A stretch of DNA of 64,000 nt from Takakia lepidozioides. Lineage: Eukaryota; Plantae; Bryophyta. Positions 11,411-23,619 of this stretch are shown here, piece after piece. Location of the stretch: the NCBI GenBank assembly GCA_030704615.1, contig CM060731.1, positions 74,772,001 to 74,836,000 on the forward strand. Reading direction: 5' to 3'. The translations under genes and the position numbers were made by a program. The notes under the pieces are model-generated. The model had not been told where the DNA came from, did no database searches, and worked only from the letters and a program-made list of their open reading frames with translations. How positions within the stretch are numbered: position 1 is the first letter of the stretch; each line of letters starts with the position of its first letter.

Positions 11411-14400
11411 CGCTCAGGGGGATCAGGCGGGCTGCCTGGATCTGGCTCTGGGGGGACAGGGAGTGTGGGAAGTAGTGCAACTGAAGTTGGGAATACTGTG
11501 AATATCGTGGGGCCAGAAGCAGGGAGTGCTCAAGGGCCACCACTTGGTGGAAGATCCACCACAAAAACAACAGGTCCTGAAGGACCAGCACCAGCAAGGG
11601 TGCCAGCACCTGTCAGTGGGCAGAAGGTAGGGCCATAGATGGCGTTACAACCAACACGGGCAAAACCACCCTTTCCAATATATTCAGGAAAAGGGGATCC
11701 CGATGTACACATTAGCCAATTTGAGCACATGTGTATAGTGAACAATGAGAATGGCGATGATGCCAAGATGAGATTGTTTCCTTGTTCACTTATCAAGAAA
11801 GCAAGTGAATGGTATGCAAGATTCCCTGATAATCATTTCCTAACCTGGAATGGCTTGAATACAACATTCCAAAATAGGTTCAGGACAAGTAAAACTGAGG
11901 ATGAAGTGTATGGAAGTTTACAACAGTTAAAGCAAAAGAAGCATGAAACTGTTGAGGAGTATATGGAAAAGATGGAATTGATGATGAAAAAGCTGGCTGC
12001 AGTACCAGCAACCAGCCACTGGAGTACTGATATTCCTGTGGCAGATTCCTCTGATTCTGATGGAGAAGAAGAAGTGAGTGAGGATGAAAGGAAGAAAGAA
12101 GCTGCAGACATGCAAAGTAATGAAGGGACTTTGGCTGAAGTAATATGCCAGACCAAAGCGGAGATTACCATTGGACAGCTATTGGCTGTGGCACCTTATT
12201 GTAGACACAGGCTGTATCAAGCAATCAATCGAATTGCCCAGGAGACAGGAAACACAGACCTGAACAGCAAGGTACCAGTTATAATGTGAAGCCGGAAGGG
12301 CGAGAAACAGTCATGGACTTTGATGATTCTATGCCAGTAACCCAATTGAGAATTGGAAGCACAGAACTAACTGATGTACTGATAGATGGAGGCTCTGGAG
12401 TAAATATCATGATAGACCAATTAAGAAAGAAGCTTGGTCTAAGTAACATGAAACCAGCCCCATTTACAGTAACAATGGCAGTTCAAAGGAGTGTACAGCC
12501 ATTGGGATTAATAAGAGGAGTTAAGATACAGATACAGAAGATGATCTTTATGATCACAGTAACTGTGTTGAAGATGGATGAAGTCATGGAGGCTTACTCC
12601 TTATTATTGGGACGTCCGTGGCTGAAACAGGCCAGGGTATTCCATGACTGGAATTCTCAGTTACTAATCGTGCATAATGGGATGCACGAGATACAAATTA
12701 CCACAAAGAAATCTAGTAGATTACCTGCTACGAGAAGACCTCGAGGGGTCAGGGAGTACGACTGGAGAGGAGGACTGGATGAGGAGCAGGAAGCTACCCT
12801 GTTTGCGGCACACCCTGAATGGGAGCAGGTTGCAGAGATGCGGCTGGTAGGCCTAAGTTGTTTAAGAAGTATCTGCTGTGGTGTAGTGTCAGCAACACCA
12901 ATTGAAGAGGAAACCAGCAGTTACCCATCACATTTATATGAAGAAAGAGAAGGAGAAATGGAAATCCTAGAGGAACCAGCCACTGTGAGTTTACAGGATG
13001 AAGTGGTGACTGGTTGGACAATCACAGCTGATGAGCAGGTAAGGGAAGTGAATGTGGGAACTAAAGAGGAACCGAGGATGGTGAAGGTAAGAGCTGATTT
13101 GGAGCCAGAATTCTTTGAAGAAGCTAAGAGTTTGTTCATCAAATACAGAGATGTATTGGAGCTATGAGGATTTAAAAGGGATACCACCTGAAATCTGTCA
13201 GCATAAGATTGAACTGGAACCAGGATCAGTACCAATCAAGCAGGCAAGGTACAGAATGAATCCCAACTATGCACATAAGGTTGGAGAAGAGATCAAGAAG
13301 TTGGCTGAGGCTAAGTTTATATACCCAATAGAGTATACAACTTGGTTGTCACCCATTGTGATAGTTCCCAAGAAGAATGGTAAACTAAGAGTTTGTGTGA
13401 ACTACAAGAAGCTGAATGCTTGTACGAAGAAAGATCATTTCCCTTTGCCATTCACAGAAGTAGTATTGGACACTGTGGCAGGCCATGAGATGTACTCATT
13501 CATGGATGGCTTCAGTGGTTATAATCAAGTGCAAGTGGCAGAAGAAGACCAAGGAAAGACAGCTTTCATCACAGACTGGGGTGCTTATGCATACAAAGTC
13601 ATGCCCTTTGGACTTTGTAATGCACCAGTAACCTTTCAAAGAGTGATAAGTGAATCTTTTCATGAGTATCTGGATGATTTCATGCAGGTGTTCTTGGATG
13701 ATTTCAGTGTGTACAGCTCTTAGAATGAGCACTTGCATAAATTGGAGTTATGTCTGGCCAGATGCAGGATGAGAGGTCTGGGCCTGAATCCAGAGAAGTG
13801 TACTTTCTGTGTGAACTCAGGGGTGCTTCTGGGACACATTGTGTGTAAGAGGGGACTTCTTGTGGATCCCAGGAAAACAGAGGCCATTAAAGCCTCTCCA
13901 CCACCAGTGAATGTTAAGAGTCTAAGGAGATTCCTTGGACAAACCAGCTATTACAGAAGATTTGTCAGACGGTATGCACAGATAGCAGCACCATTGAGCA
14001 AACTTCTGAAGAAAGATGCAGTGTTTGCATGGACACCTGAATGTCAACAGGCTTTTGAGGAACTTACATTGTCAGTAACAACTACACCTGTGCTGATTAG
14101 TCCTCACTGGCAGAAAAATATTTCATGTTCACTGTGATGCTTCTGGAGAAGCACTAGGAGCGGTGTTAGCCCAAAATGTAACAGGAAGGATAGATTCACC
14201 TGTGTACTATGCTAGCCGATTGATGAACAATGCCGAAAGAAATTATAGCACAACGGAAAGAGAAGCATTGGCAATGATCTATGCAGTGAAGAAATTCAGG
14301 CATTACCTGTTGGGCAAGAAGTTTATGTTTTATGTGGATCACCAGGCTCTGATATACCTGGTAAACAAACCTCTGATAAGCGGAAGAATAGCAAGATGGT

Positions 14401-15830
14401 TAATAATCTTGCACGAGTTTGAGTTCGAGGTTGTTTACAAGCCTGGGAGACTGCAACTTGTGGCGGATCACTTGTCAAGGTTATCAACAGGAGAACCAGC
14501 CACGGGAGTAGATGATCAATTACCAGATGCGAGTCTATTTACAGTGGAGGTACAGGGAAGTGCAAATGACTGGTTAGATTGGCAGTGGCCAATCAGATAC
14601 TACCTTGCTCATGGTCAGTGCCCACCAAGTTATGGAAAGGAGCAGAGAAAGAGAATTGCTATCAAGGCTCTACCTTACACTATGGTAGGGAGCAGAATGT
14701 ATAAGCTAGGACCAGATGGAGTGCTGAAGCGATACTTATACCACCATGAAGTTAATAAAGTTTTGGAGGAAGTTCATAAAGGAGTGGCATGAGGTCATTT
14801 TGGAGAAGAGACTACCAGCAGGAAAATACTACATGCCGGTTACTGGTGGCCTACTTTGTTCAAAGATGTACACAAGTATTGTCAGAGTTGTGATGAATGT
14901 CAGAGGCTGGGACCTTTGCAGAGATCTGGGAAAATGTCTTTGCATCCTACAATGCCTACGGAACCATTTCAGAAATGGGGACTAGACTTTGTTGGACCAA
15001 TTAACCCACCAGCCAAGAATACACAGAACAGGTACATAATTACAGCCACTGATTATACTACGAAGTGGGTGGAAGCTAAAGCTTTGAGGGACAACACATC
15101 CAAGTCCACAACAAGGTTTCTGTATGAGAACATACTTACACGATTTGGCTGTCCCTTGGAATTTATCAGTGATCAAGGAAGTCACTTCATTAATGAGACC
15201 ATTGAATTGTTGACTAAAGAGTTCATGATTGTGCATAGGAAGAGTACAACATATTACCCACAGGGTAATGGGCAGGCAGAGGCTACCAACAAAATATTAT
15301 GTACTATCTTGGCTAAGATAGTCAATGCAAACAGAACGGATTGGGATACAAAGCTGCTGACAGCTTTGTGGTCATACAGGACTTCATATAAAGTCACCAT
15401 TCCAATTAGTTTATGGTATGGAAGCCTTACTTCTAGTGGAATTCCTGTTACCTACCATGAGAACGGAATGAGGAAAGAGAATGGAATTGCAAGATTCCAT
15501 TAAAGTCAGGAAACATGAATTATACCATGTGGAAGAAGTACGTGCTGATGCAGCTGATAATATGACCAGAATTCAGATGAAGAGGAAGAAACAGTTTGAT
15601 GAAGGCAAGTTAAAGACTTTTAAGATGGGAGATTTGGTTCTATGGTTGCAGAAGAAGGGAAAGATTAAAGCTTCTAAGCTTAAATCACCATGGAAAGGAC
15701 CTTATGTCATACAAAAGATGTATGATAACAACACTGCCATGTTACAAACCATTAACAAAGAGATGCTGGGAAGAGTCAATGCTAATAAATTGAAGGGGTA
15801 CAGTGGTATCCATGACAAACCATTGCAGCA
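11411..15830 (+). pseudogene. gag-pol of Gypsy A (gag, aspartic protease, RT, RNase H, integrase), disrupted
   Basis: Gag FPIYSGKGDPDVHI; protease VLIDGGSGVNI; RT WLSPIVIVPKKNGKLRVCV and FLDDF; RNase H CDAS..ERNYSTTEREALA; INT HHCC, WGLDFVGP, SDQG, QGNGQAE and WKGPY. In-frame stops at 13721 and 14790, several frameshifts, and the zinc-knuckle region is deleted at ~12010. Confidence 0.93.
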
Positions 15831-17154
15831 TGATTTGCATGTTGAAACGCAAAAGCAGTCACGGGCTGCGCCAGTGTTACCAACGGAGTATGGAGCACTT
15901 GTCGCTAGGCCGAGCATATATGACCAGGGCGGGCAGAACAAGCGAGACACAGCCTATCACAGCCCATCACGACGTGACACAGCCTATCACAGCCCATCAA
16001 GGCGCGAGACTGCCTATCACAGCCTACCACAGCGTGTCACAACCTATCACAGCTTACCACAGTGCATCACAGCCTATCACAGCTTACCACAGTGTATCAC
16101 AGCCTATCATGGCATACCACAGTATGACACAGCCTATCACAGCTTAACACAGCCTACTAGGGTTACACAATCCATAGAATCAGTGACATGTGGACACAGG
16201 ATAACTTCAGTGAAATGGCCGGCGGAAGAAAGGACGGCAGCCAGTTTACAAAGGGACACGTGGAAGTCAAGGCGCAATACACAGCTGAGAAGGAAGTGCA
16301 AGAACGGATGTCATCAAGAAAGGGGACAAGAATGGCCGTCAAAATACCTAATCAGTGCGTCAAATTGGATGAATGGCGGGCCCATTAATGAATGCAGAAA
16401 AAGGGCAACAAAACAAACGGCAAGTACAGAAAAGCAAAATTCTCGTCACATGTGTTATCCTAGTGGACAGTCCAGCAGGGAAAGTCCACTAAAGAAAATT
16501 AAATCTAAAATCCAGTCACAACGGTTACAGCCAATCGAAAGCCAGAAAAAGGATCAAGAAATTGGAGGGAATTTAAGCGCAAGAGTCGGCGTCGTTCTAA
16601 GTAATGGGCGTCTCGACGGGACAAACCATCAATGCTATAGCTTTGAAGCTATGGAGGAACTAACAGACTATACGCTCGCAATATTACTTACGCAGTGGCA
16701 TAGGGACGAAAGAACAGAGCGGATCTTTTCTCTTAATCGATGCTTGCAAGCCCCGCAGGCTTACAAGAAATTACCCATAGCTTTTTGTGGCAACCATACG
16801 TTCATGCTTTGTGCCCTGCAGGCATTTCTTCAATTGTTACAGCCAAAACATTTCTGTGGGTCTAGAATGAAGAGAGTGAGAGGAATGGAGGAAATCAGGG
16901 TAAAGAGCACCACAATTATGCAGAAACAAACGATTGCTACCCCACAGGCGATACAGATACTGAAGGAGGTGAGATTGCAAGGATTGCAAAGCAAAGATTG
17001 GACATTGCACCATCGACAGTACATGTTACAATTCTTGCAGAACTTTGAGCCAAGGACAGGAGCAACAACGGTGAAGGGAGTTGAATTAGTAATTACTCCC
17101 CTATACCTACAGCAATTGTTTCGATTGCCAGCAGGCCAGGTGCATGTGAAATGA
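15481..17154 (+). CDS. Integrase C-terminus read in frame into a repeat linker and the start of the 3' extra (Athila ORF1/env-like, plant-transposon-protein-like) region; truncated
   Basis: 557-aa open frame: GPY motif, TAYHS repeats, then QFLQNFEPRTGATTVKGVELVITPLYLQQLFRLP, homologous to copy B 22250-23220. Confidence 0.6.
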   Translation: MELQDSIKVRKHELYHVEEVRADAADNMTRIQMKRKKQFDEGKLKTFKMGDLVLWLQKKGKIKASKLKSPWKGPYVIQKMYDNNTAMLQTINKEMLGRVNANKLKGYSGIHDKPLQHDLHVETQKQSRAAPVLPTEYGALVARPSIYDQGGQNKRDTAYHSPSRRDTAYHSPSRRETAYHSLPQRVTTYHSLPQCITAYHSLPQCITAYHGIPQYDTAYHSLTQPTRVTQSIESVTCGHRITSVKWPAEERTAASLQRDTWKSRRNTQLRRKCKNGCHQERGQEWPSKYLISASNWMNGGPINECRKRATKQTASTEKQNSRHMCYPSGQSSRESPLKKIKSKIQSQRLQPIESQKKDQEIGGNLSARVGVVLSNGRLDGTNHQCYSFEAMEELTDYTLAILLTQWHRDERTERIFSLNRCLQAPQAYKKLPIAFCGNHTFMLCALQAFLQLLQPKHFCGSRMKRVRGMEEIRVKSTTIMQKQTIATPQAIQILKEVRLQGLQSKDWTLHHRQYMLQFLQNFEPRTGATTVKGVELVITPLYLQQLFRLPAGQVHVK

Positions 17155-17979
17155 AGCGGAGAGCGCATCTTTGAGCAGAAAGAGGGAGAGCACAAAGAAG
17201 GAGGAGAACGATTTGTTGAAGCTTGATGAATGCAAGCAGTAGAGTTGTAATGTAGAGCAGATTAGAGACTCCATGGCTTCGGCCTGATATTTGATAGATA
17301 TTAATCTGATACATACTTCATACTCACACTGTGTAGAGAGATCTGAGTGAAGCTGTGGAATGAATGGATGAGTTGATGGAATCCGATAGATTGCTGAAGC
17401 AAACTGATACTTAAATACCAACAGTAAGGTAACTAGCTAGCATGAATGCGGGAAGGAAAACAAATAGGAAACAACCCCATGATACACTAGCTGTAGGTCA
17501 TGATTGATTGTTCTGATCGGGCTGAGTGCTTAGAGATTTCCAACTCTTCTATCTTGGAGTTCCCGCCTCGGATAGCGAAGGGATGGGTGAATAAAAGCCG
17601 CGCGACATTTGGCGACCATACTGGGGAACTCGATCATGAACAACCAGATGTGACAGGCATCTGGTGGGATCATGCTGGTTGGAGAATTAAAGAATTTGAT
17701 GTGAATCAAATTCCTTGTGAAACTGAGAAGGAAAGATTGTCTAAACGATTCTTTCAGAGGTTCTTGGAATTGCCAGACGGTTGTAAGGAAAACATTCTTA
17801 AGAGAGTGCATGATGCTGACCCTGAATGGGGTCTAGAGAAAGGAGTGATAAAGATTTATCAGGTGGCCTGTAGAGAAAGAGCACGTTGGTTACCAACACT
17901 GGTTTATGTGATAGCATTGCTATCCATTAAGCGAGTAGAGTTTGAAGGCTGGGAGGAAAGAAAGGTGAATGTTTATACT
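17149..17979 (+). mobile_element. Gypsy copy C fragment: 3' half of an LTR (17149-17607), PBS (17610-17627) and leader ORF; target of the copy B insertion
   Basis: Ends CGCGACA-TT-TGGCGACC like the other LTR/PBS junctions. The leader ORF stops at GTTTATACT (17979), where copy B's LTR begins. Confidence 0.85.
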
Positions 17980-19002
17980 TGTCGCGCGGCTTTTACTCAC
18001 CCATCCCTTCGCTATCCGAGGCGGAAACTCCAAGATAGAAGAGTTGGAAATCTCTAAGTACTCAGCCCGCGCAGAACAATCAGTCATGACCTACAGCTAG
18101 TGTATCATGGGGGTGTTTCCTATTTGTTTCCCTTTTCGCATTCATCTTAGCTACCTTACCATTGATAATTAAGTATCAGTTTGCTTCATCAATCTATCGG
18201 TTTCCTTCACTCATCCATTCAATCCACAGCTTCTCTCAGATCTCTCTACACAGTGTGATTGTATCGTATAAGTATCAGATTATGATTTATCAGGTATCAG
18301 GCCGAAGCCATTATGTCTCTAATCTGCTCTCCAATATCACTACAGTTTTGCATATAACAAGCATCTACTAATCCTCTTTTCTCCTTCATCGTGCTCTCTA
18401 TCTCTTGCCTCCGATCTCCGCTCCAGCCTGACTCAGAAGTCCTCCTCCGAATAATGATGATCCCCCTTTCATTCCCCGTTTCTCCCTTTATCCTCCTATC
18501 CGCGGTTCTAACCGTTTCCCTCTCTAACCGTCGTCTGTGAACTAACATGTTCCCTTCGCAGGTGTTGTTCCCCACAGTCGTTCCCTGTCCTACTCTTCGT
18601 TCCCTATGATCGTGACCGCTGTGTCAAGCTGTGACTGGCTGTGTGAAACTGTGACGGGCTGTGACTGGCTGTGTGACTGTGTTTGGCTGTGTCGGGCTGT
18701 GACTGGCTGTGTCGGCTGTGACGGGCTGTGATTGGCTGTGTGGGCTGTGACGACTGTGACGGGCTGTGTGTGGCTATGACGACTGTGACGGGCTGTGTTG
18801 GCTGTGTTGGCTGTGTCGGCTGTGACTGCTGTGACGACTGTGACGGGCTGTGTTGGCTGTGTCAACTGTGACGACTGTGTAACCCCCCTCTACAGTGCGC
18901 TGCTGTCACCCCTAAGGCTCCTGTTGGTCTCAGTCTATGCAAAAATTAAGGGTACCCTACAGATCCCGTATAAGTGTCTAAGTCCCCTACAGTCCTCTAA
19001 CA
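17980..19002 (-). repeat. 3' LTR of Gypsy B (1023 bp)
   Basis: TGTTAGAGG..CGCGACA on the minus strand. Near-identical to 30154-30770. Confidence 0.92.
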
Positions 19003-19019
19003 TTACCCCTTCCCCCCTC
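19003..19019 (-). promoter_or_regulatory. Polypurine tract
   Basis: GAGGGGGGAAGGGGTAA immediately before the TG of the 3' LTR. Confidence 0.88.
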
Positions 19020-19040
19020 AAAAAGCCGTGTCCTCACGGT

Positions 19041-22000
19041 TTACTGTTTCCGAGTAGCAAACCTTTGTGAGTGAGCACCCTGTTGACGTTGAGAGTTTCG
19101 TGGCGGACTGTGTGTACGAGCCCGAGGTCTGTCTCTGGTTGACGGAGATGGTTGATCACTACCTGGATAAGTGAGGCCTTCTGGAGGCTGATATCGAGGT
19201 AATCTTTCCGGCATAGGAGATCCCCTTTGTTTCTTCTCTTCCATCTGAATTGCATAGTCTTCTCCCATGTCAAAAGAATTATGTGAAGAAACAGTTGTAT
19301 CAGAATCCTCATCGCCTCTCAGGTGTTTTAATTTTCGAACTTTTTGTGGAATCATCTGGGGCATACAATGTTGTCCTACCATGTCTGGAAGTTTGTATTT
19401 TACAACTTGGTGTAACCGCTGAACAGCAAAATTGGTGTAGGCACTGAGCTCCTTGTCTGTCCAGATGAGTGGGGTACCAATTACTGGTGCAGCGTGCAAG
19501 TACTTCCATGCCACATGTCCCTTATAGAAAATGTCATCAAGTCCGAATTTCTGTGTTGACAATTTGTTGCAGGCTGCTTGAAACCATGAACGTATTTGAG
19601 AATCCTTTTGCATCATAACTTTTGTGTCATATAGGTACATATGAGGTGGAACCGAAGGTAATACCCAATGATCTCCACTGGAATAGCTTTGAAAGCGTGT
19701 TTGCATCTTTTGTTGCTCAATGTGGTAACGTACCAGAAAACAAGCAGTGTAGTATAATCCGCACCCCATGACAATACTTGCTACCTCCTTTGTCTTGGTA
19801 TAAATAAGTCCGTGTACAACCTGGAAAGCAATCAATTCCCTCAACATGGTACCTGCCTCGTGCCAGTATTGTGCAAAGTGATGATCCTCAATATGTCGAT
19901 TGTTCGGAAGAACTTTGGTCCTAGTTGCCACTGGCAGCCATATACGCATGATTTGGTAGTAATGTGCGAATGACTGCGGAGGACTAAATTCTTTCCATGC
20001 CAAATCCAACATGATGGGAATTTGGTTGAAGGGCATAATCATAGCCCTACTGTATTCCCTGGCAGCTGGAGTTTTAGGTGGGTTAAAAGCGGCATTGCCC
20101 CATACCTCCGGCTGTGGTGGCTGTGGTGTGGTTGTAGTAACCACAGGTTCAGCTACTGGTACACTGACCTGTTGTGGTGGTGGTGGTACTGGCTCCTGTA
20201 TCATTGGCATCTCCTGCACCTCCTGTGAAGACTGAAAAGCCAGAGTTCTGGCTTGCAAATAAGAAGCCATTAGCTGTTCCTGAGGGATATAGACTCTTTG
20301 GTCGATGTTTGAAGTGAGGTCTTCCACTTGAGTCTGGAGTCCGTCTACATCCTCTTGTAACTCTGCTATCCTACTATAGACATTGTCTATAGTAGTTGTG
20401 GCAATGTTCTGCACCTGCAGTCTGAGCTCATTCATCTCGCTTTGGGTGAGCTTACGTGGGCTTTTGCCTTCTACTGGCCCTTGTGCTAACCAGACCTGCA
20501 TAAGGCTGTTATCCACCAAGCTGCTTGTGGTTCCCCTGAGAGTTTGCTCCTCTCTTAGCTTGTACAATTCCAACTGCTGTTGTAAAGCCTCCATGCGCTT
20601 CGCCTGTGGCTCAACCAATTGCGCATAGGCAGCAAGTAGATTATTGGCTTCCTTCGAAGCCTTGTTACTGACCGCGATTTCATTTCTATTGGCCACGATG
20701 GTTTGTTGCAACTCCACGATGTGTTTCTCTTGATCAGCTTCCCTCTGCCTGTATTGCTTGAAAGTATCTTCATGGCGACAGATTGTATTCTTCATATCGA
20801 CAATGAGCTTCAATTGCTCAACATTCTCTTCTTCTGCCTTCGTACATTTTTCCGCTTGACTGTTTATTTCTTTTGTTGATTGGTCAAGCATAGTTGTAAA
20901 TGTAGCACATTGTATCGTCATCCTGTTATGCACTGTCTGCAACTCCGTATGTAGTGCATTCAGTTCTTGCAACTTGCTTTCATGCTGCACCTGCATTTGG
21001 TATAGCTGTTGCTTATGTGCTTCGTGCAACTGGTCTTGCGCGAGGCCTGCCTCAATCAATTGTTGCTTGGCCAACTGCAAAGCCATTTCTGTATTGCCCA
21101 AGTCCTGCTTCATCTTGAGAGTGACCTCTTCATCGACCTTGTTTGCACACTCAGTGGCAAGTCGAGCCTCAAACTCCTTCCTGAGTTCCTCTTTCAAGGC
21201 TGTCAATTGGGTAATTGGAACATGGGATTTGACATAAGTCCCCAACAAATTAAGTGTCGTGCCTATGGAACTCATCAGCATTGCCTGCTGAGGGTCATCA
21301 TGGTGAGGTTGCTACTGTTCCTCCCGATCTTCAACAGTATGATGTCTCACTAACCATTCAGGCCATTGTCCCACCGGATTTTCTTCCTGAACTACTTCAT
21401 CTATGACTGGTGTTACAGTGTCATGACCTTCCGCCTGTGGTATCTCCAACACAGGTGTGTGCATTATATGCACCTCAGGATTTCCCTTGGGCAACTGTTG
21501 CACCTCTGGGATTTCTGTCTCCTTGACCAGACCAGAATATTCATAGAGAAGGTCCCCTTTCTCTATTTCTGCCACTATCTGTTCTGTAGTTGGAATATCT
21601 ATCCCTTCACTTTCCAAATCAATTATTTCGGGTTGAGCTGCATGGATAACTTGTGACCTTGTGACAAGTCGTTCAAGTGGCTGTGTTGGCTGTGATGCAG
21701 AAGTAACTTCCTCCTCCCTCTCTGAAGGTCCTGCTTCCAGTAATAACATTCTTTTGTGCTGTTGTGCCCCTTCCTGGTCATGAGCTTGGGAAACATTATC
21801 ATGCGGAATCCGTGAAGCCAGTGGATCCGCCACTACAGTCTTTCCCCTTCTCTGCCTCTTAGTCTCGGGTTGTGCTGCCAGTCCACCCTCACTGTGTGAA
21901 GAGCCTTGCTCTTCCATTGCAGTTGTTTCTGGCTCAAACACTCCCATTTCCTTCCTTTCTTGTGCATTAAGTATGCCAGAATTAAGGATTATTTGAGCAA

Positions 22001-23220
22001 TGATTGGGCCAGACACTATGATAGGAGACTTTGCGGTAGTACCTTGTAATCTTTTCATCTCCTCTACGAGTGCGTTGTACATTATGTCCGCCCATTGTAC
22101 CTCTTGTCCCTTCAGGCCTTTGAGTATTTCCTCTGTGAAGGATCTGCTCAAATATTGTTGGTTCTGTTTCAGGGCAAACAGAACGTTCAATACCTGGCCT
22201 ATCTCTTTTAACCCTGGGTACACAGCTTTGGTACAAGCATAACCCTGAGTTTTAAAGAAACTCCCTTCTTGGAATAAGTCCCATATTTGCAGTCTTGCCC
22301 TGTGTTCCCCCACATGCACCTGACCTGCTGGCAATCGAAACAATTGCTGGAGGTATAGGGGTAATCATTAATTCAACTCCCTTCACCGTTGTTGTTCCTG
22401 TCCTTGGCTCAAAGTTCTGCAAAAATTGTAACATGTACTGTCTATGGTGTAGTGTCCAATCTAGGCTTTGCAATCCTTCCAATCTCAGCTCCTCCAATAT
22501 CTTTATCGCCTATGGGGTAGCCATCGTTTGTTTCTGCAGAATTGTGGTGCTCTTCACCCTGATTTCCTCCATTCCTCTCACTCTCTTCATCTTAGACTCA
22601 CAGAATGCTTTGGCTGTAACAACTGCAGGAATGCCTGTAGTGCACCAAAGCATAAACGTATGGTTGCCGCAGAAAGCTATGGGTAATCTCTTGTAAGCCT
22701 GCGGGGCTTGCAAGCATTGCTCAAGAGAAAAGCTCTGCTCTGTCGTTTCGTGTCTATGCCACTGCGTAAGTAATATTGCGAGCGTATAGTCTGTTAGTTC
22801 CTCCATAGTTTCCAAGTTATAGCATTTATGGCCTGTCCTGTCGAGACGCCCGTTACTCAGAACGACGCCGCCTCTTGCGCTCAATTTCCCTCCATTTTCT
22901 TGATCATTTCTCTGGTTTTCTATTGGCTGTATCTGCTGTGACTGGATTTTAACTTTTATCTTCTTTAGTGGACTTTCCCTGTTGGATAGTCCACTAGGAT
23001 CACACATGCGACATGAATTCGGCTTTTCTGTACTTGCCGTTCGTTCCGTTTCCCTTTTTCCGTATTCATTAATGGGCCCGCCTTTCATCCCATTTGATGG
23101 CCGTTCTTGTCCTCTTTCTTTTTGACACCTGTCCTTGCACTTCATTCTCTGCTGTGTGTCGCACCCTGACCTCCACGTGTCTATTTTTAAATAATTTCCG
23201 TTTCTTCTTCCTTCAGCCAT
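19041..23220 (-). CDS. 3' extra ORF region of Gypsy B (frameshifted pieces of 236, 81, 343 and 746 aa): plant-transposon-protein-like domain, long coiled coil and unknown C-terminal domain
   Basis: ..VKGVELMITP..LFRLP..GQEVQWADIMYNALVEE.. resembles Athila ORF1/env-like proteins. The 746-aa piece has ~300 aa of heptad-rich Q/E/K/L sequence, a Pro-rich linker and an aromatic-rich globular region. Confidence 0.65.
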
Positions 23221-23619
23221 TTTCCTGAAGTTTTTATGTGTCCACTTGTCACTGATTCTATGGATCGTGTAACTTTAGTAGGCTGTGTTGAGCTGTGACA
23301 GGCTGTGTCATACTGTGTTTTGCTGTGATAGGCTGTGATGCCCTGTGGTAAGTGTGATAGGCGTGAGGCGCTGTTGTTATTCTGTGATAGGCTGTTGCGC
23401 GCTGTGTTAGGCTGTGATAGGCTGTGAACGTTGTGGTATGGCTGTGATAGGCTGTGTCACGCGTGATGGGCTGTGATAGGCTGTGCACGTTTGTTTGGCC
23501 CACCCTGGTCATATATGCTGGGCCTAGCGACAAGTGTTCCATACTCCGTTCGTAACACTGGTGCAGCGTGACTGTCTTCTCTTCTCTTTCTTTCATGCAA
23601 ATCATGCTGCAGGGGTTTG

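Larger units (their letters stand above)
7729..17148 (+). mobile_element. Ty3/Gypsy LTR retrotransposon copy A (non-chromovirus, Athila/Phygy/Selgy-like layout), interrupted and 3'-truncated
   Basis: LTR, PBS, then gag-PR-RT-RH-INT order. Homologous to copy B along its length. Homology to B stops at ..CAGGTGCATGTG (17148). Confidence 0.93.

Noticed and set aside
7729-19002. Treating LTR A and the 17980-19002 LTR as one element because both flanks read AGTAT
   Set aside because: The LTRs are in opposite orientation and diverged; 17980-19002 pairs with 30154 onward and has its own PPT.
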